DNA of 62,177 bases, counting the filler, from Globobulimina sp. (lineage: Eukaryota): NCBI GenBank assembly GCA_003354225.1. It is 33 parts of 33 records of this genome, joined end to end, with 100 filler letters (N's around TTAATTAATTAA, not from the genome) between each part and the next. Parts side by side here need not be neighbours in the genome. Positions count along the whole stretch, not along the records: positions 1 to 1,789 come from PIVH01011932.1; positions 1,890 to 3,677 come from PIVH01011933.1; positions 3,778 to 5,565 come from PIVH01011934.1; positions 5,666 to 7,453 come from PIVH01011935.1; positions 7,554 to 9,341 come from PIVH01011936.1; positions 9,442 to 11,229 come from PIVH01011937.1; positions 11,330 to 13,117 come from PIVH01011938.1; 26 more parts are not named here. One strand, written 5' to 3'. The position numbers and the translations under genes were made by a program. Numbering within the stretch: the stretch's first letter is position 1; every line of letters starts with the position of its first letter. The notes beneath the pieces were generated by a model. That model worked only from the letters and a program-made list of their open reading frames with translations. It did no database searches and was not told where the DNA came from. This document shows, piece after piece, positions 1 through 12,315 of this stretch.

Positions 1-33
1 AACCTATTTTTATTTGATCAAATCGCAGCTGTA

Positions 34-390
34 ATGAAATATTTCATTATAATTATTTTGTTTACATTGCATTCAAGTATCTATGCACAAGAAATGGAGT
101 CAATACGATGCTATCGAAGATATGGTGAATATTTATTTAAGCCAATTGAATTTTGGACAGAATTAGATAAACATGGAACAATTATATTCCGTATCAATGA
201 ATTTTACGACTTTCCACATAATGGATTTGGACATCAAGAACACGAGTATCGATATAGTGATATTTGCTGGAGATACAAGTCATTTGTTGAAGATTTCCAA
301 TTGCCATCATTCGTACCGCAGGTTGATAGGGATGAATGGTATGACGGATGCAAAGTTAACTTTCTTTTTTCTCGTGTTGTATGCTTGTGA
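34..390 (+). CDS. Small secreted hypothetical protein
   Basis: ATG start with a signal-peptide-like N-terminus (MKYFIIIILFTLHSSIYA). No recognisable domain. The 3' end may be spliced. Confidence 0.45.
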   Translation: MKYFIIIILFTLHSSIYAQEMESIRCYRRYGEYLFKPIEFWTELDKHGTIIFRINEFYDFPHNGFGHQEHEYRYSDICWRYKSFVEDFQLPSFVPQVDRDEWYDGCKVNFLFSRVVCL

Positions 391-878
391 TTTTCATATC
401 AAATAACACTTATAACAGGTACAAATTCGCCGGAATACGTTTCAAGATCTGACGGTTGTTTGTGATATAACAGAATATCAATGTACAGAGACGCTGCGCC
501 ATCCTATAATACAAATGAACATAAAGCAATGCGAGTAACATGATTTCAAAAGATAAAATTACAAACCATACAACACCGTTTATGTTTGGTTTTGCATTTG
601 TAATATTTTGATTTAAATAATGATACATTTTCATTCCTAACGTAGCCCCAAATATTTTGTTGGTAGATTACGTGCAGTATGGAATGTTAAGATTGCTCAT
701 AGGTTTTGGATTGTGATCGGATTGTGCCGATAATTCGTCTTCATAGTATACGAACATTTATTCTTTTCTACTTTTAAAAATGCCAAATCGTCGATCCCAA
801 AATTGTTTTGATGTGTCATCATTATACTGAACGAAAATTACAAAAAATAAGTTAGGCGTAACACTGTACAAGCAACTG

Positions 879-1789
879 TTAAAAATTATTTTTCCAAACA
901 TTTATTTTATCCTTCAACTGATCACAAAAAATCATACTCTTCATTATATTCCTCGAACTAACATGTTGTTTTGTAATAGGATCCTCGTTATATTCCTTAA
1001 TATATCCTTCAATAAAATCACGCTCATAAACCAATCCAGATTGTGCAATCTTGATCGGATTATCCATAATCTCAAACGAAACAGCATCACAATATTCCAT
1101 TGGCACCATATCAGTTTTCACTGTTTTCGCTATCAAATTGTCAAAACTATTATTTACAATTAAATCATCAATTGAGTTCAACAAATATTGCTGTTCAACA
1201 ATATTTTGTATTCCATTCATTCTGAGCACCATATTTGTAATCTGTGGCAATTCAAACCCTTTCATTTTTGCAGTGAATATACCTCTCCTCAAACACATAT
1301 ATTTAACACCTTTAAAAGCACCGTTATTCACTCTATTCAACCAATAAATTATTGCATAAAAATTCCAATTCTCCACACTGATTTTCTCAATCTTAATATC
1401 TGTCAATTTTTGTTTTTTCAATGGGGGCTCTGTTTGCATATTGTTTATATCATTGATTTTATCCAACTCTCTAATTTTACCTGTCAAGGATTTGTAATAT
1501 AATGTTACAAAAAAATCTATATATGAATAAAAACTAAACTATATGCAAAAAAATCTACATATGATGATGTGGCATTTATTACATTGCGTACGTTTGTGGT
1601 TGATGCAGGCTGCGGAATAATGACAGGTAGATATTGCAGCACATTCGGACTCAAATCTTTTTCGAAATTTCGCAACGCTTCTTCTGGGTCGACATTTATA
1701 TCCGTTTCTGATACACTTTGTGTTTGTTTTGATGTTGGTGATGGTCTCTATCTCTTTCTTCGTGTTTATGGTGTTTACGTTTAAAAATT
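879..1789 (-). CDS. SAM-like + U-box protein (putative E3 ligase), 5'-partial, probable intron 1481-1591
   Basis: NWNFYAIIYWL...MKGFEL (SAM-like) followed by PMEYCDAVSFEIMDNP...SGLVYERDFIEGYI...DPITKQ (U-box). GTACGC...ACAG intron on the minus strand. Confidence 0.8.
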
Positions 1790-1889
1790 NNNNNNNNNNN
1801 NNNNNNNNNNNNNNNNNNNNNNNNNNNNNNNNNTTAATTAATTAANNNNNNNNNNNNNNNNNNNNNNNNNNNNNNNNNNNNNNNNNNNN
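1790..1889. other. Artificial contig linker (N-run + TTAATTAATTAA + N-run); first of 32 such linkers, about every 1,887 bp
   Basis: The same 100-bp spacer with stops in all six frames recurs throughout. The intervening pieces shrink steadily from 1,789 to 1,786 bp, as in a length-sorted concatenated assembly. Confidence 0.99.
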
Positions 1890-2009
1890 AACATTATCAA
1901 TATCGACACGGTTTGCTGCGACATTAATAATAGCACTCAGAAACACGAAAAGTAAACAGAGCAAAAAAAGAAGCATTATCTACCTAAAAATGAAGGAAAT
2001 TATAAATCT

Positions 2010-3299
2010 TTAAACGGGATAGTCGACACAGTTAAAATTCTCATCAGTTGGTGCATTATTCACCAGTGTCTCAACCATTTTCTTTTTAAAATACCATTTT
2101 GCCTGAAATCTATCCCGAATATCTCTGCGTGGCACACATTTCTGTATTTTCTGTACATAGTCCTTTGGAATGCCATCCAATCCGTGCAAGACACCCATAG
2201 CTCCCCCAACAATGCAAGCATTTGTATCCGTATCGCCGCCCTCTCCGACCACACTTTTAATGGCCTCAGAATATGAGTGCTTTTTCAATAAATGATAGCA
2301 AACCCTTTGAAATGCGATCTTTACAAAACCTTTGAACTTTGTCGCTGTCTGCAACTTATCCAAATCATCGCCATCCACATATTTCAGCCACTCATTCAAT
2401 ATAACACTCGCATTCTCGCTTTGTTTGCTTTTCTCTGCCAACCATTTCACCATTTTATTGTAAGCCTTTCTGTGTTTATCCTCTTCCTTTTTCCTACATT
2501 TTAGCAAATATATCACCATAATCGCATAACAGGTATTCACCAAAAAAACAAATTCATTGTGATGTGTCAGCTCCGCGTCCAATTTCATTAACAAATACAA
2601 GTTCTCCTCAGACAACCTGTTCCCATACAATATCAACGGCATACATCTCATCAACGAGCCATTGGCCAAATTTCCATCGGATTTGTATTGTTTCGCCTTT
2701 TCTGTGTCGTAGCTGATGGCCGCCACCTTCATATTGATTACATTTGGAGCGTACTGCAAAACTTCCCGAGTACAAAAGCCTCGATCGAATGGATTCGAGT
2801 TATTCCACTTTGCATATTCGACAGCAATCAGTTTCTGGTCAAACCCATTCTTTTCCAATACCATCGCACAGAGGGCGTACGACAAAGAAATGGCCAGTTC
2901 CGTATCGTCCGTTACCTGACCGGATATTACCTGGTCGCCCCAAGTGCCGCCACCTGGCATTTTCATGGCTTTTTGCAAGCACTTTTTGCTTATTTTATAA
3001 TTGGAAAACTCGCAATATGAGCCACAGGAATCTCCGATGGCGGCGCCTATCACTAAACCATAGGCTCGGTCTAAAATATAATTATAATCCAATGATTTCT
3101 CTTCATCTGACTCGGAGTCTTTATATTCGAAATCAGCTTTGTTTTCATTATTTTTGTCAGTCTCGTCAGTTGCAATGGGATTATTGCTAAGTCTGTCTAA
3201 TTGATGACACAATTCATGATCTTTGTATAGGCTGACACCGATTTGCTCATTGCACTGTTCGCAAGGAATTGTTTCTTCAACTTTTTGTTTCGATGCCAT
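2010..3299 (-). CDS. ADP-ribosylglycohydrolase (ARH/DraG family) with an N-terminal C2H2/UBZ-like zinc finger
   Basis: GAAIGDSCG, GQVTDDTELA, ANGSLMR, LTH and GGDTDTNACIVG motifs. N-terminal CEQC-x11-HELCH. Confidence 0.92.
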   Translation of the reverse strand: MASKQKVEETIPCEQCNEQIGVSLYKDHELCHQLDRLSNNPIATDETDKNNENKADFEYKDSESDEEKSLDYNYILDRAYGLVIGAAIGDSCGSYCEFSNYKISKKCLQKAMKMPGGGTWGDQVISGQVTDDTELAISLSYALCAMVLEKNGFDQKLIAVEYAKWNNSNPFDRGFCTREVLQYAPNVINMKVAAISYDTEKAKQYKSDGNLANGSLMRCMPLILYGNRLSEENLYLLMKLDAELTHHNEFVFLVNTCYAIMVIYLLKCRKKEEDKHRKAYNKMVKWLAEKSKQSENASVILNEWLKYVDGDDLDKLQTATKFKGFVKIAFQRVCYHLLKKHSYSEAIKSVVGEGGDTDTNACIVGGAMGVLHGLDGIPKDYVQKIQKCVPRRDIRDRFQAKWYFKKKMVETLVNNAPTDENFNCVDYPV

Positions 3300-3353
3300 G
3301 TACGTACAACAGTCAACACATTAAAGTTTTTTTTCTTTAGCTTAATCTCAAGA

Positions 3354-3677
3354 ATGGCAGAAGAAAAAAAGGAAAGGAAAGAAAAAGAGTTTGTGCCATT
3401 ATTAACAAAAGAAGATAAAGATGACATGACAAAGCATTTGAGTCTGATTGCATTACGAATCCCTTCCAGGAACATTGGCAAATTGGGCAACCTTTTAAAA
3501 CCATACACATTTCAAAGGAAAGCAACTAAATCATTTCAAACAGACTCACAAAACATTGTCGATCCACTCACAAATAAGGCTCAGTTTAAGTGTTTATTAT
3601 TAAATGAATGCTTCAAAACAATCGAGAATGTCTCCGAGAAACTTCCACAGAAATTAATGAAACTTATAAATGAATGC
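3354..3677 (+). CDS. TRM5: tRNA (guanine-37-N1)-methyltransferase Trm5, N-terminal fragment
   Basis: LSLIALRIPSRNIGKLGNLLKPYTFQR...KCLLLN resembles the eukaryotic Trm5 N-terminus. Truncated by the contig end before the catalytic domain. Confidence 0.6.
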
Positions 3678-3797
3678 NNNNNNNNNNNNNNNNNNNNNNN
3701 NNNNNNNNNNNNNNNNNNNNNTTAATTAATTAANNNNNNNNNNNNNNNNNNNNNNNNNNNNNNNNNNNNNNNNNNNNTCTAAATATACAGACAAGCC

Positions 3798-4679
3798 ATG
3801 GAGCAAATGGTCGATTCTGAAATGGAGAAAATTAAAAAAAACAGTGAATTCCAGGAAGAATTATCGCGCAGAATGGCTGACCCTCAGTTTTGTAAAGACC
3901 TAAATGCAGAAAATTGGAATTGCTACGAAGTGGCATATTGGGCGCAACAAAATGGATATAACTATTGCATGAAACGCTTGTTCGACCAGCAAATTGATGG
4001 AAATGTGCTGTTACACGACATGAATAAAAATATGTTGATCAATACATTGGGCGTCACCCCGTTGCACAGTAACAAATTCATGCGGAATGTGAACCAGTTA
4101 AAGGCGAAAATAACTGGGGATAAAATGGTGTTAACTTGCGATTACAACGTGAGTGATTTGTATGTGTCCTCTTCGGCACATCACCGGTTTGAAAACAAAA
4201 TAAATGCTTTGAATTTGAAATTGTTAACGCACGAATCTGAAAAGAAAATGTTGAGCGACAAAACTCTGTCATTGCAGTTCGAAATCAATGACAGCGAACA
4301 ACGAATATTGAAATTCAAGGCGGAAATGGTCGAAATGAATAAAATATTGCAACTGAATGATATTAAATTGATTGATTATGACTCTATGAAATCAGCGTAT
4401 GATGCCATATGCAAACAGTTGAACGATACGAAGATCGAATATCAAAATATTAGACACGAGAATGAGTCGCAGGTTGAGCTGTTTACCAAACAGTACACTG
4501 AACAGACTGATGCATTGAAGCAAGAAATCTCAAAATTGACCGCAATGAATGACTCATTGTCGGACGAAAATGTTCAGTTAAAAGCATCGGCGGAGGCTGC
4601 CGAAGCAGAGCAGAAAAATGGTGCCGTTTCAGATATTGATGTTTTTAAGGTATTGTCAGATATATTTAACCGTTTTTGA
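3798..4679 (+). CDS. SAM domain + coiled-coil protein (probably 5'-partial)
   Basis: NWNCYEVAYWA...FDQQIDGNVLL...LGV SAM signature, then a heptad-rich helix. Confidence 0.8.
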   Translation: MEQMVDSEMEKIKKNSEFQEELSRRMADPQFCKDLNAENWNCYEVAYWAQQNGYNYCMKRLFDQQIDGNVLLHDMNKNMLINTLGVTPLHSNKFMRNVNQLKAKITGDKMVLTCDYNVSDLYVSSSAHHRFENKINALNLKLLTHESEKKMLSDKTLSLQFEINDSEQRILKFKAEMVEMNKILQLNDIKLIDYDSMKSAYDAICKQLNDTKIEYQNIRHENESQVELFTKQYTEQTDALKQEISKLTAMNDSLSDENVQLKASAEAAEAEQKNGAVSDIDVFKVLSDIFNRF

Positions 4680-4847
4680 TATCCTCCAATTTGTAAATGT
4701 ATGCAGTGGATTCATGTAAATGTATATTTTTGCAGTCGCATAATATCACAAACTGTACATTTAAATGTTTGACGCATAACACATCCAAACGCAATTTGAA
4801 ACTGTTTAGTTTTGGTTTGCTTTCTGACCATAAACAAAAACAAAAAA

Positions 4848-5565
4848 AATGAACGAATTCAGTCCGAAGAATGGAGCAACGCAGAAGTCGCGTATTGGTT
4901 AACCACGATTGGAATGAAAAAGTACCGAAAAGAATTTGTGGAGCAATCTGTCGATGGCCAGATCTTATTAAACGACGTCGATTACAACAATCTGATCAAC
5001 GATCTACGCGTCAAATCCATCCACGCTCCAAAGATAATGCGCGAAATCAATAAATTAAAAAGTTCTCTCTGCAGCAACGCGCCCCAACAAATCCCAGAAA
5101 CCCTAACCGCAATCACCGAAACAGTCACTTTATTCCATGTGGAGCCCACCGAAAATCGCACAATGCACAAATTAAAAAACGAGCTCAACGAAGCCCAAAC
5201 AAAGTTAAATACATTGATACACAAAAACAGCGACACAAACACCATGCCAAACATGCCCAGTATGCCTAGTATGCCTAATATGAACGTCATATCACCACAA
5301 AGCTCCATCTTCTCCCTACCGGACCACGTGCGGACCGACAGCACCTTGACAGTACGCACAGTGTACTCGGAAGGCGATATTAAGCTAAACAGCGACAGCA
5401 AGGCTCAGACACAGGTGGATGAGCTACAAATCTATGTCAAATCCTTGGAATTGAAATTAACAGAGCTTGAGACCAAAAATCGAGAGTTATCCACGTTATT
5501 CCACCGCGCGGATAAGAACTTGAAAGAGTACACTTCCGCAGTCATACCCTTCCAAGAAAGGATCC
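4848..5565 (+). CDS. SAM domain + coiled-coil protein, 3'-partial, tandem paralogue of the upstream gene
   Basis: EWSNAEVAYWLTTIGMKKYRKEFVEQSVDGQILL SAM signature and MPN/MPS tripeptide repeats. Start is uncertain. Confidence 0.75.
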
Positions 5566-5665
5566 NNNNNNNNNNNNNNNNNNNNNNNNNNNNNNNNNNN
5601 NNNNNNNNNTTAATTAATTAANNNNNNNNNNNNNNNNNNNNNNNNNNNNNNNNNNNNNNNNNNNN

Positions 5666-7291
5666 AGCATTGTGGTCTTATGTAACATGCAGTGGTGCAT
5701 TTATTGTAGGGTCAGATGACTTGGATGAACCATGGATTAAAAAAGGTTCCATCAATCCAACTCATTCTAATTACTGCCCAGCCAGCAGCGATTGCATGCA
5801 AATTGAATCACAATCATCCATTAAAACGTCAATACCAAGTAAAGATTATTTCAATTTTACGCTTTTATTTGGTATAACAATAAGTGATGAAAACAACACA
5901 TTTGACAATGATGATTACTGTCGCGTTTATTACAAAACAAACAACATTAATACTAATAATACAAATGCATCCACACAAAATTGGAAGCTGTTAACTTCAT
6001 ATTTCTATGACCAAACAAGTGATTTCAACAATAAATTACCCTCTCAATCATCTAAATTGCCATCTTCCCAAAACAATGAATATTATGAATCAATATACAT
6101 ACTATTTATAAACACAGCCAATGCCTCAAACACTCATAAACCATACTGTTATATAGATGAGATATCATTAATTGCACAGTTTTACCATTCACCATCAAAG
6201 CCATTCCAATTCAATTCGCTTTGTATGTGATATATATATTATGCAGATTTCTATTGTTTCCTCTCATAAATTCGTATTATATAATTAGTTTGCATGGCCA
6301 TTGCAGTTTTTGTAATCATTTTGTTGGCAGTGTTGATCTGTTTGGTATATATATGGCTTTATTTTAATGCAAAAAAGGATAAACATACTGCAGCGATCGG
6401 ACAATTACAAGATATTCGAGTTAAAGCAGATAGGTTAGGTTATGTAACTGATGTTGCTTCTTTTTTTCTGTGATATTGTTTCAAAACTTTTTTGTTTGCA
6501 GCGTCCCCGACACGTCACTTGCAAAGACATCAATTTCCACAGTGAGGGATACGATAACTACCTCTATTTCCGATGAAGTACATGTGGCTGGTTTCTATCA
6601 TCAACCTGTATGTAATTAACATTTGTTTGTATACTGTATATATTTACTATTATTTATACTTTATAGAACCAGAAATGTGCTACGCGAACACTGTCGGATG
6701 AAGCAGTTATTGCGGTACATTATATTTCTTTAATTCTTAAATAAACATATAACAGATTATAATAAATAGAGCTACGATTCAAAAAACAAGAAATCTTTGA
6801 GTGAGCATTGTGAGAATATTGTAATGGAAACAACCACCAATAATTGTGAATGTATCCGCGAGAATACACAAATTAAATTGAATACCATTTTGAATCGAGT
6901 ATTACACAAAAATAATAAGTCAAACACAATCAGTGTACCATCCAGTCGTCGAGAGACAGAATTCAGTTTTAACGCAAATATAAATCTCACCTCCTATGAC
7001 TTATACGAAGAGGAAAAGAATAAGAATATGCAAACAAAAGTTATTTCAGTGTTGAAAAATAGATATCAGAATCCCAGCAAATCTATGAATGACAGCCAAT
7101 ATAATGAGAGTATGGCGGATCCGGATCAGAATGATTTGGATACTACGTGCACAAAAATAAAGTTTTCAAAATATAAAGAAAATGAAGAATGCGAAGAGGA
7201 GAGCTTAGATATTGGAAGTATTCGACCTCAAAATACTGCAACATTCACACAATCGAGTATTAGTATTATTGATCAATCTCAATCATTATAA
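5666..7291 (+). CDS. Multi-exon hypothetical single-pass membrane protein
   Basis: Open segments 5670-6230 and 6797-7291, a hydrophobic segment near 6290-6360 and several GT...AG introns between them. Exon boundaries are approximate. Confidence 0.5.
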
Positions 7292-7553
7292 AATGTATCA
7301 ATGCATTGTTATTTTTCCACAATTTTTTTATTATTAAATATATAGTTTTTATATTGTAACTAAGTGAAGCATATATATATATACCCAATCATAGTTTTAG
7401 TCCAAATTTTTTCCGTCGCTGAGCCTTGATATAAGCAGTCTAAAATTTTTTTCNNNNNNNNNNNNNNNNNNNNNNNNNNNNNNNNNNNNNNNNNNNNTTA
7501 ATTAATTAANNNNNNNNNNNNNNNNNNNNNNNNNNNNNNNNNNNNNNNNNNNN

Positions 7554-7946
7554 ATCAAATAACAATAAACTGAGCACGCGAATATAAAGATAATGCATGA
7601 AGAAAGATAATAATTTTTTTTCCATAATGATGCTCTTTTAAAATAAACAGCGTAAATGTTTGTAGTGCTTGAAATAATTAATTCCAAGCATTAACGCAAG
7701 TATTTGGAGCAAGAAATGCGTGTTACCAATCTCTAAAGGATATGATGGATGTAAGGAGAAATAAAATAACATAAAGATGGAAACCACCAACATAATATAA
7801 TAAGTGATTAATAATCCAACGTATGAATTTTTAACACAACAACAAGATGACAAACGGAACGCACTGCTCATTATTGCTTCTTCTGCTAGTAATGGTTTGC
7901 GTATTTCTTCGTTTATAGTTGTTAATCTTGTGATTGTGTGTTTCAT
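7554..7946 (-). CDS. Hypothetical multi-pass membrane protein, 3'-partial
   Basis: ATG at 7946, a Cys-rich patch and two hydrophobic helices. Runs off the contig. Confidence 0.4.
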
Positions 7947-8443
7947 TTGTAAGTAGCGTGCAGCGTTTTTAAAATCTTAAACAAACGGAGTTATGTTGCC
8001 CACGGTTGTCAGGAGATAAAGTGTACAATACATAAACAGGAAAATTAAAGTGAGATAAAATTAACATAAAAACGCTTGTTTTAGAGCTCAGACCACTTTG
8101 TTTGTTTACCTTTATTATCAGAGACCCAGTAAACAGTGAATTGAAAAACTAACAAACGAGATTGTGAGAACACGAGTTCACGGTGTAATAATTAGAGCGA
8201 CCTGACAAATAAATAAATAAAAAGAACACAAAACGAAAAAAAAGCAAACTGGACACAAATGAAAAATGATTTACGTGCTAGTAAGTAAACTACATTTAAT
8301 TCCTGCATAGTGCCTAAGGATAAAAAAAAATAATACATTGACGGAAAAGTAACAAATTCGTTCATACATTGAATGATATATAAATTATGTCATATGATAT
8401 GTTATGTTATGTGATATGATTCTGATTGGTATTACATAATTTA

Positions 8444-9129
8444 TTATATGTTACAACATCCTCCACCGGATTCCTTCTTATTTGGCTCATCATCGACAAC
8501 CATTATTTTGGCTTTGGGGCCGCGCGATTTTTGCCTATACTTTGATGGTGGATTCACTTGTTGTTTCAACAACGTTTTGGTTAATTCCAAAAATAATTCA
8601 TGCACTCCCTTCCCTGATTTGGCAGAGGTGCCGAGCACCGTAGCTCCAACAGAGGCGGCGTACGAGTTTACATCGTATTGGTCGACCTGTTTTGTGTGGG
8701 AATAGATAGATTTTATGCGAATTTGCGAGAATCGGCCATGCAAAACACCTGTCGTTTGGATTCAAGATCGATTTTATTTGCACAGATCACTATAACAATA
8801 TCTTTGCCAACGATTTTGCGCAGTTCCTCGATCCAATGCTGTACCTTTTGGAAGCTGGTTTTATCCGTGATGTCAAAAGTCAAAATGGCGGCGTTGGAGT
8901 CCCTGTAATATATTGGCGCCAATGCATGGAATCTCTCTTGGCCGGCGGTGTCCCAAATGGCTAAGGAGACAGAATTATTGCCTATGTTTAAGATTTTCTC
9001 TTGATACGAGGCCTGGAATGTTGACGTTTGTTTCTCTGAAAATGAGTTGTTTATATATCGTAATAAGATGGAGGTTTTACCCACGCGGCCTTCTCCCAAT
9101 AATACGACTTTGAACTTATGCTCTTGCAT
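8444..9129 (-). CDS. RAB21: Rab21 small GTPase (207 aa; exons 9129-8749 and 8686-8444)
   Basis: FKVVLLGEGRVGKTS, WDTAGQERFHALAPIYYRDS, NKID, SAK and C-terminal GGGCCNI prenylation motif. A 62-nt GT-AG intron (8687-8748) restores the frame. Confidence 0.95.
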
Positions 9130-9441
9130 AGTCTGTTCTGTCAAAGCAGTCTGTTGCGAGTCGTCAACGTTTGTGCAAGGATGGTTTCGTTTTGAGTGAG
9201 CTTAAATTAAAACTTTTAAAGTATTATATCAACAAACCGAAATAAATTAACGCAAAATTTTGCTATCTCAGTTGTTACCCGAAAGACATTTATGACAATA
9301 TGCAAAAATGACCAAACGGCATGACAATCGGTGAAGTCATTNNNNNNNNNNNNNNNNNNNNNNNNNNNNNNNNNNNNNNNNNNNNTTAATTAATTAANNN
9401 NNNNNNNNNNNNNNNNNNNNNNNNNNNNNNNNNNNNNNNNN

Positions 9442-9714
9442 AAACAAGTTGATGTAATTGGTGATGACTATGAATATTATAATCAATTATTGGATGGAAG
9501 ATTATTGATTGGCGGCGGCAGACAAAAGGCACCAAATAATTGGATAAATAATTATGATGACTCGGATATTGACGGAAAAGTTGAAGAATATTTAGAGGAT
9601 TATTTATATGAATATTATCCACACATTCAAGAGAAAAGATATATGGATGATTGGTACATGGATAGACAACCAACACCATTTGTAGATGCCTTCTTACCTT
9701 CTTCTAGATCGTAA
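9442..9714 (+). CDS. C-terminal fragment of an unknown protein
   Basis: Open frame ending ...QPTPFVDAFLPSSRS. No family recognised. Confidence 0.35.
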   Translation, partial: KQVDVIGDDYEYYNQLLDGRLLIGGGRQKAPNNWINNYDDSDIDGKVEEYLEDYLYEYYPHIQEKRYMDDWYMDRQPTPFVDAFLPSSRS

Positions 9715-10113
9715 ATTATAATCATTTGCTAATTGAGGCTCTTAAAACAAAAATTAAATAAAAACAAAAAAACGTTGCTATATATACAGGAGTATAGGAT
9801 TTCTACCTATCATGTGATGGGTGGGGAACCAATTTGGTCTCCCTAGATAGTATCTAACTATCCTGTGCATATTCATACTTTTTTTTCTTTTTTTTTATTT
9901 TTGTTTTAATGGCCTCAATTATAATTGTTGATCGATCACAGATTTGTTTAGAAAATAATATAAATACTAATAATAAATACTCTTCAAAAAAAATACATGT
10001 ATAGGTCATGCATGCAATTATAATATTACCATGCATTTTTATTATATATTCAAAAAAAAGGTTTGAAAATGAATTAATATTATTTGCAATCAACCAAATC
10101 ACCAAAAGTCTTA

Positions 10114-11229
10114 CTAATTAGGCCTCAAATCTTTCCTAATATTTGTCGATAATTTCCTAGGTTTCCTAGGCCTCATATCTTCGAGATGGTAAAAAACATT
10201 TTCGTATATTCCAAAAGGACCAGGCCCTTCGATTCTTTTTTTGCCATAGAAAACATTGGAATGTCGTTCAAAATAATACAAACTCGCCAACTCCACATTA
10301 TATTCGCAAACATTCAAAACTGATTCCATGCAGACCGACGATCCAATGTAGAAACAGTTGTTATACTTTCCCTGTAATTCATCTTTAACATACCACGGAT
10401 ACCCTTTTTCTACAATATCTTTACAGCACCATTTAGGGAAATAATCCCATACTTTCTGCTCTATAATCTTCACATTGGTTTCACCCATTTCATCAAACTG
10501 CTGCCTCAAATATTTACCCATTTTGTCAGGATCAACTTTTTCGTCTGGTTCCTCCGTATGATATTGATAACAAATCCCGCGGTCTTTTGTTAATTGCTCA
10601 CGTTTTAACCACTTATAATACTCATCATCGCCGATGATCGATCTTAGCGAGTTTCGATAGGCATAAACCGCGTCATTTCCCTTCCAAATCTCATTCGGGA
10701 ACAAGTCACCGCCGGCTCTATGCGTCGGATTTTGAGGATTCACATCGTATTCAAACAACGTTGCACATAATGTCGCTGGCTGGATACTGGAAAATATTTC
10801 TGTTTCCTCCTCGGTCGCATCGGTCAAAAACTCCAATGCTTTCTTGCAGCCACAAGCAAGAAACAGCAAATCTGCCTCAATAGTTTCTGCCTTCTCGTCC
10901 TCGTTCCCTTTGATTTTATATCTAATCTCAACTTTCTTTTGTTTTATGCGATCTCCATTGTTTTCCAAATCCCTATCGACATTAATTACCTCTGCATTGT
11001 AAACAATGTTCAATTTATGTTTCAATACCATTTGACTCCATAAATGTTCGTATCCTTTGCTGTAAACATACAATACGATGAAAAATGTGCAGTGCTCGGA
11101 TATTTAGACAGAAATAAACTGCTAACCTCAATACAATCACATTGCTCGCTTCCCTGTAAACGCGCAATATATTACCTGTCGTGCGCAGCAATTCCGGCGT
11201 CGTCCACAACAATCCATAAAACGCCGGAA
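10114..11229 (-). CDS. Flavin-dependent amine-oxidase-like oxidoreductase, 5'-partial, one intron near 11060-11126
   Basis: KGYEHLW...LNIVYNAEVINVDR, EADLLFLAC, WDYFPKW...LQGKYNNCFYIGSSVCMESV, typical of the C-terminal part of the FAD-dependent amine oxidase / polyenoic acid isomerase group. Confidence 0.7.
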
Positions 11230-11329
11230 NNNNNNNNNNNNNNNNNNNNNNNNNNNNNNNNNNNNNNNNNNNNTTAATTAATTAANNNNNNNNNNNNNNN
11301 NNNNNNNNNNNNNNNNNNNNNNNNNNNNN

Positions 11330-11930
11330 CGGCGTCATTATCGTCCAGGGCCATATGCATTCCGTTTAAGCTCAATTTGTAGGCTTTGGGGGTGTGGCAA
11401 GGCGAGGTGTCTGGGCTGGAGGAGGAATAAAATGGCTTCAGATCTAAGTATACAGGTTTATGGATATTTGGGTGTTGGGGGTGGAATATATATACATACC
11501 ACATCTGGTGATGGAGCTGGTGGCAGATAATGTCGGTGCGTACCCTAAGGAGCCTAAGGAGCTGTCGAATGAGGAGGACCGAATGGACTCGAATGAAGAG
11601 GCGGAGATGGTACGTTGCATAGTTTCGAGCTTTGGAGGGTATAAGGTGTTGTTGGTGGTGCTGTTGTTGTTGAATTTGAATTTTTTATGGTTATTGGCGA
11701 TGGAATCTGGTACAGAGCCATATGGTGTTCGCGGAGCTGTTTATGTGGTTTTTTTGTTTTATGTTGTTTATATGTTTGTGTTTGGTATACTAAACAATGC
11801 ATTTTTTCCTCCGGATCCTCATCTTCGTCGACAGAATTTATTGCGAATGTGGTTATTTGTGGTTGAAATTGGAATTGCGATTTGTTGTCGTCATCTAAAT
11901 AGAGTGAATATGAAAACGAGGTTCATTATT
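11330..11930 (-). CDS. Low-complexity Ser/Pro/Thr-rich protein, partial, with intron
   Basis: Minus-strand S/P/T-rich open frames and a GTATGT...CTTAG intron near 11444-11499. No domain recognised. Confidence 0.35.
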
Positions 11931-12315
11931 TTTTTGTTTGTGTAGTCGTAAAATATTAAAACGAAAAAGGATAAACGGATTTGGGTATGTTTTTTTTTGT
12001 GGGACGGACATGTTGAATCAATGGCTATTGAAGGTCCATTTTGAGAGAAATCACTGGTTGAACTTTTTTGTGTGTTTGGTTGTATGTGTTTCGGTATAGG
12101 GTTTGGTACAAATTGGTTTGAGAGATTTAGAACTTGTAATTTTGAGCTACTTGAGCTGCATACGATTCAAAAGGAATTCGTATTGATGTCATTGAAATAT
12201 GTTTATTTGTGTTTACTTTACAGGTAAACTATTGTTTTATTATGTAAATAAGTATTGTAGTAAAAAGTTTTTTGATGTGGATTATTATCATTTATAAAAA
12301 ACTACAGTAGATATC

